From Clostridiales bacterium (lineage in GTDB: Bacteria > Bacillota > Clostridia > Christensenellales > Borkfalkiaceae): a DNA stretch of 64,000 nt. The translations under genes and the position numbers were made by a program. Below, one piece after another: positions 62,984-64,000 of this stretch. The notes below the pieces were generated by a model. The model ran no database searches. It saw nothing but the letters and a program-made list of their open reading frames with translations, and was not told the DNA's origin. The stretch covers positions 39,500 through 103,499 of the forward strand of contig JAFLVP010000003.1 of assembly GCA_022508265.1 (NCBI GenBank), read 5' to 3'. The first letter of the stretch is position 1, and each line of letters begins with the position of its first letter.

Positions 62984-63361
62984 TTACTCCAAAACGACGT
63001 TTGCGCCTGCTGCCTTGAGGTCTGCGGCAATCTTCTCTGCCTCTTCCTTTGCAACGTTCTCTTTGAGCACGCCGCCCTTTTCAACTGCCTGCTTAGCTTC
63101 AACAAGTCCAAGACCCGTGAATGCACGAACGACCTTGATAACGTCGATTTTCTTAGCCCCTGCGTCTTTAAGAACTACGTTGAACTCGGTCTTCTCTTCA
63201 ACTGCGGGAACTGCTGCCGCGCCTGCTGCGGGAGCTGCTGCTACTGCTACGGGAGCTGCTGCGGATACGCCGAACTCCTCTTCAAGTGCTTTTACGAGCT
63301 CGTTAAGCTCTAATACGGTCATAGTTTTGATTTCTTCGATAAATTTCTTTACGTCTGCCAT
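62984..63361 (-). CDS. rplL: 50S ribosomal protein L7/L12
   Basis: 125 aa. Ala-rich hinge. C-terminus [19 protein letters not shown]. Confidence 0.97.
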   Translation of the reverse strand: MADVKKFIEEIKTMTVLELNELVKALEEEFGVSAAAPVAVAAAPAAGAAAVPAVEEKTEFNVVLKDAGAKKIDVIKVVRAFTGLGLVEAKQAVEKGGVLKENVAKEEAEKIAADLKAAGANVVLE

Positions 63362-63455
63362 TTTTTTATTCTCCTAAATGATTTTATATTTTTTAATTTT
63401 TTTGTTTGCGCTTTGTTTCAGGCAACGCCCACCTGTTGTCTTTTTGATTTTTTTA

Positions 63456-63977
63456 TTAAGTTTTTTGTTCTGCGATGTTATTAAGCACTCTTACGATACC
63501 CGATAAAAGATTGTTCAACACGCCTGCGAAATTTGCAAGGGGTGCCTGCATAGAACCAAGCATCTTTGCAACCAGCTCTTCCCTCGAAGGCATAGCGGCA
63601 AGTGCCTTTGCACCGTTCTTGTCCACGTAAGCATTGTCCACGAACGCACTTTTTACGACGATTTTACCGTCGTAAGCCTTTGAGGCTTCAACCATTAATT
63701 TAGCCGCACCCGTTTCGTCCGTGCCGAATGCAAAAGCTGTAGGGTTATTTAAATCGCTATCGAAATCTTTATAACCCAAATCGTTGAAAGCTTTTCTTAC
63801 AAGCGTGTTTTTGTAGACCTTGTATTCACAATTAGCCTGCCTGCATTTATTGCGCAGTTCGGAAACTTCGGCAACGGTAAGCTTATTGTATTCTACGAGA
63901 ACTACTGATTTTGCTTCTTTAATCTTGTTGGTAATCTCTTCAACTACAAGTTTTTTAGCTTCAAAATTAGCTGACAA
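63456..63977 (-). CDS. rplJ: 50S ribosomal protein L10
   Basis: 173 aa. Typical L10 sequence, immediately upstream of rplL. Its leader would lie beyond the window. Confidence 0.95.
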   Translation of the reverse strand: MSANFEAKKLVVEEITNKIKEAKSVVLVEYNKLTVAEVSELRNKCRQANCEYKVYKNTLVRKAFNDLGYKDFDSDLNNPTAFAFGTDETGAAKLMVEASKAYDGKIVVKSAFVDNAYVDKNGAKALAAMPSREELVAKMLGSMQAPLANFAGVLNNLLSGIVRVLNNIAEQKT

Positions 63978-64000
63978 ATTATTTACCTCCCGTTTTATTT

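Overview
This is a chromosomal, almost entirely housekeeping window from a Bacillota (Clostridia-like) genome with roughly 50% GC. I cannot name the species from sequence alone. Gene content left to right: comM (partial); the rplS-trmD-rimM-KH-rpsP-ffh-ylxM cluster with rbgA, rnhB and yraN (minus strand); a CPA2 antiporter; pyrH-frr-uppS-cdsA-dxr-rseP (plus strand); a double-length ThiT-like transporter behind a TPP riboswitch; tsf-rpsB; rhomboid, DUF1292, ruvX and YtxH; a few small or unknown genes; DUF2207; a DtxR-family repressor; prfA, a DUF1385-PrmC fusion and rpmE; an MDR dehydrogenase, cls and a YfcE-like phosphoesterase. Next comes an accessory-looking minus-strand block: a small membrane protein, a 1009-aa zinc-ribbon/beta-propeller/TM protein, a TM-extended YidD and an SPFH zinc-ribbon protein. 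It lies directly downstream of a complete S10-spc-alpha ribosomal cluster (rpsJ to rplQ, including rpmD and rpmJ, which are below the ORF-track size cut-off). The window ends with an EF-G paralog, a CobW-type GTPase pair, a DUF2188 protein, a cyclophilin lipoprotein and rplL-rplJ. I found no rRNA, tRNA, CRISPR array, transposase, integrase or recognisable defence genes. The most unusual content is non-coding. (1) A modular five-hairpin intergenic repeat family has at least 8 copies, with covarying stems and conserved loops. (2) A second family of ~110-nt long imperfect palindromes has 6 copies, all in the same orientation, four of them in normally tight spacers of the ribosomal operons. (3) A ~390-nt promoter-to-terminator unit has no credible ORF and carries twin hairpins. 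Several long ORF-track entries are antisense shadows of real genes and were rejected.
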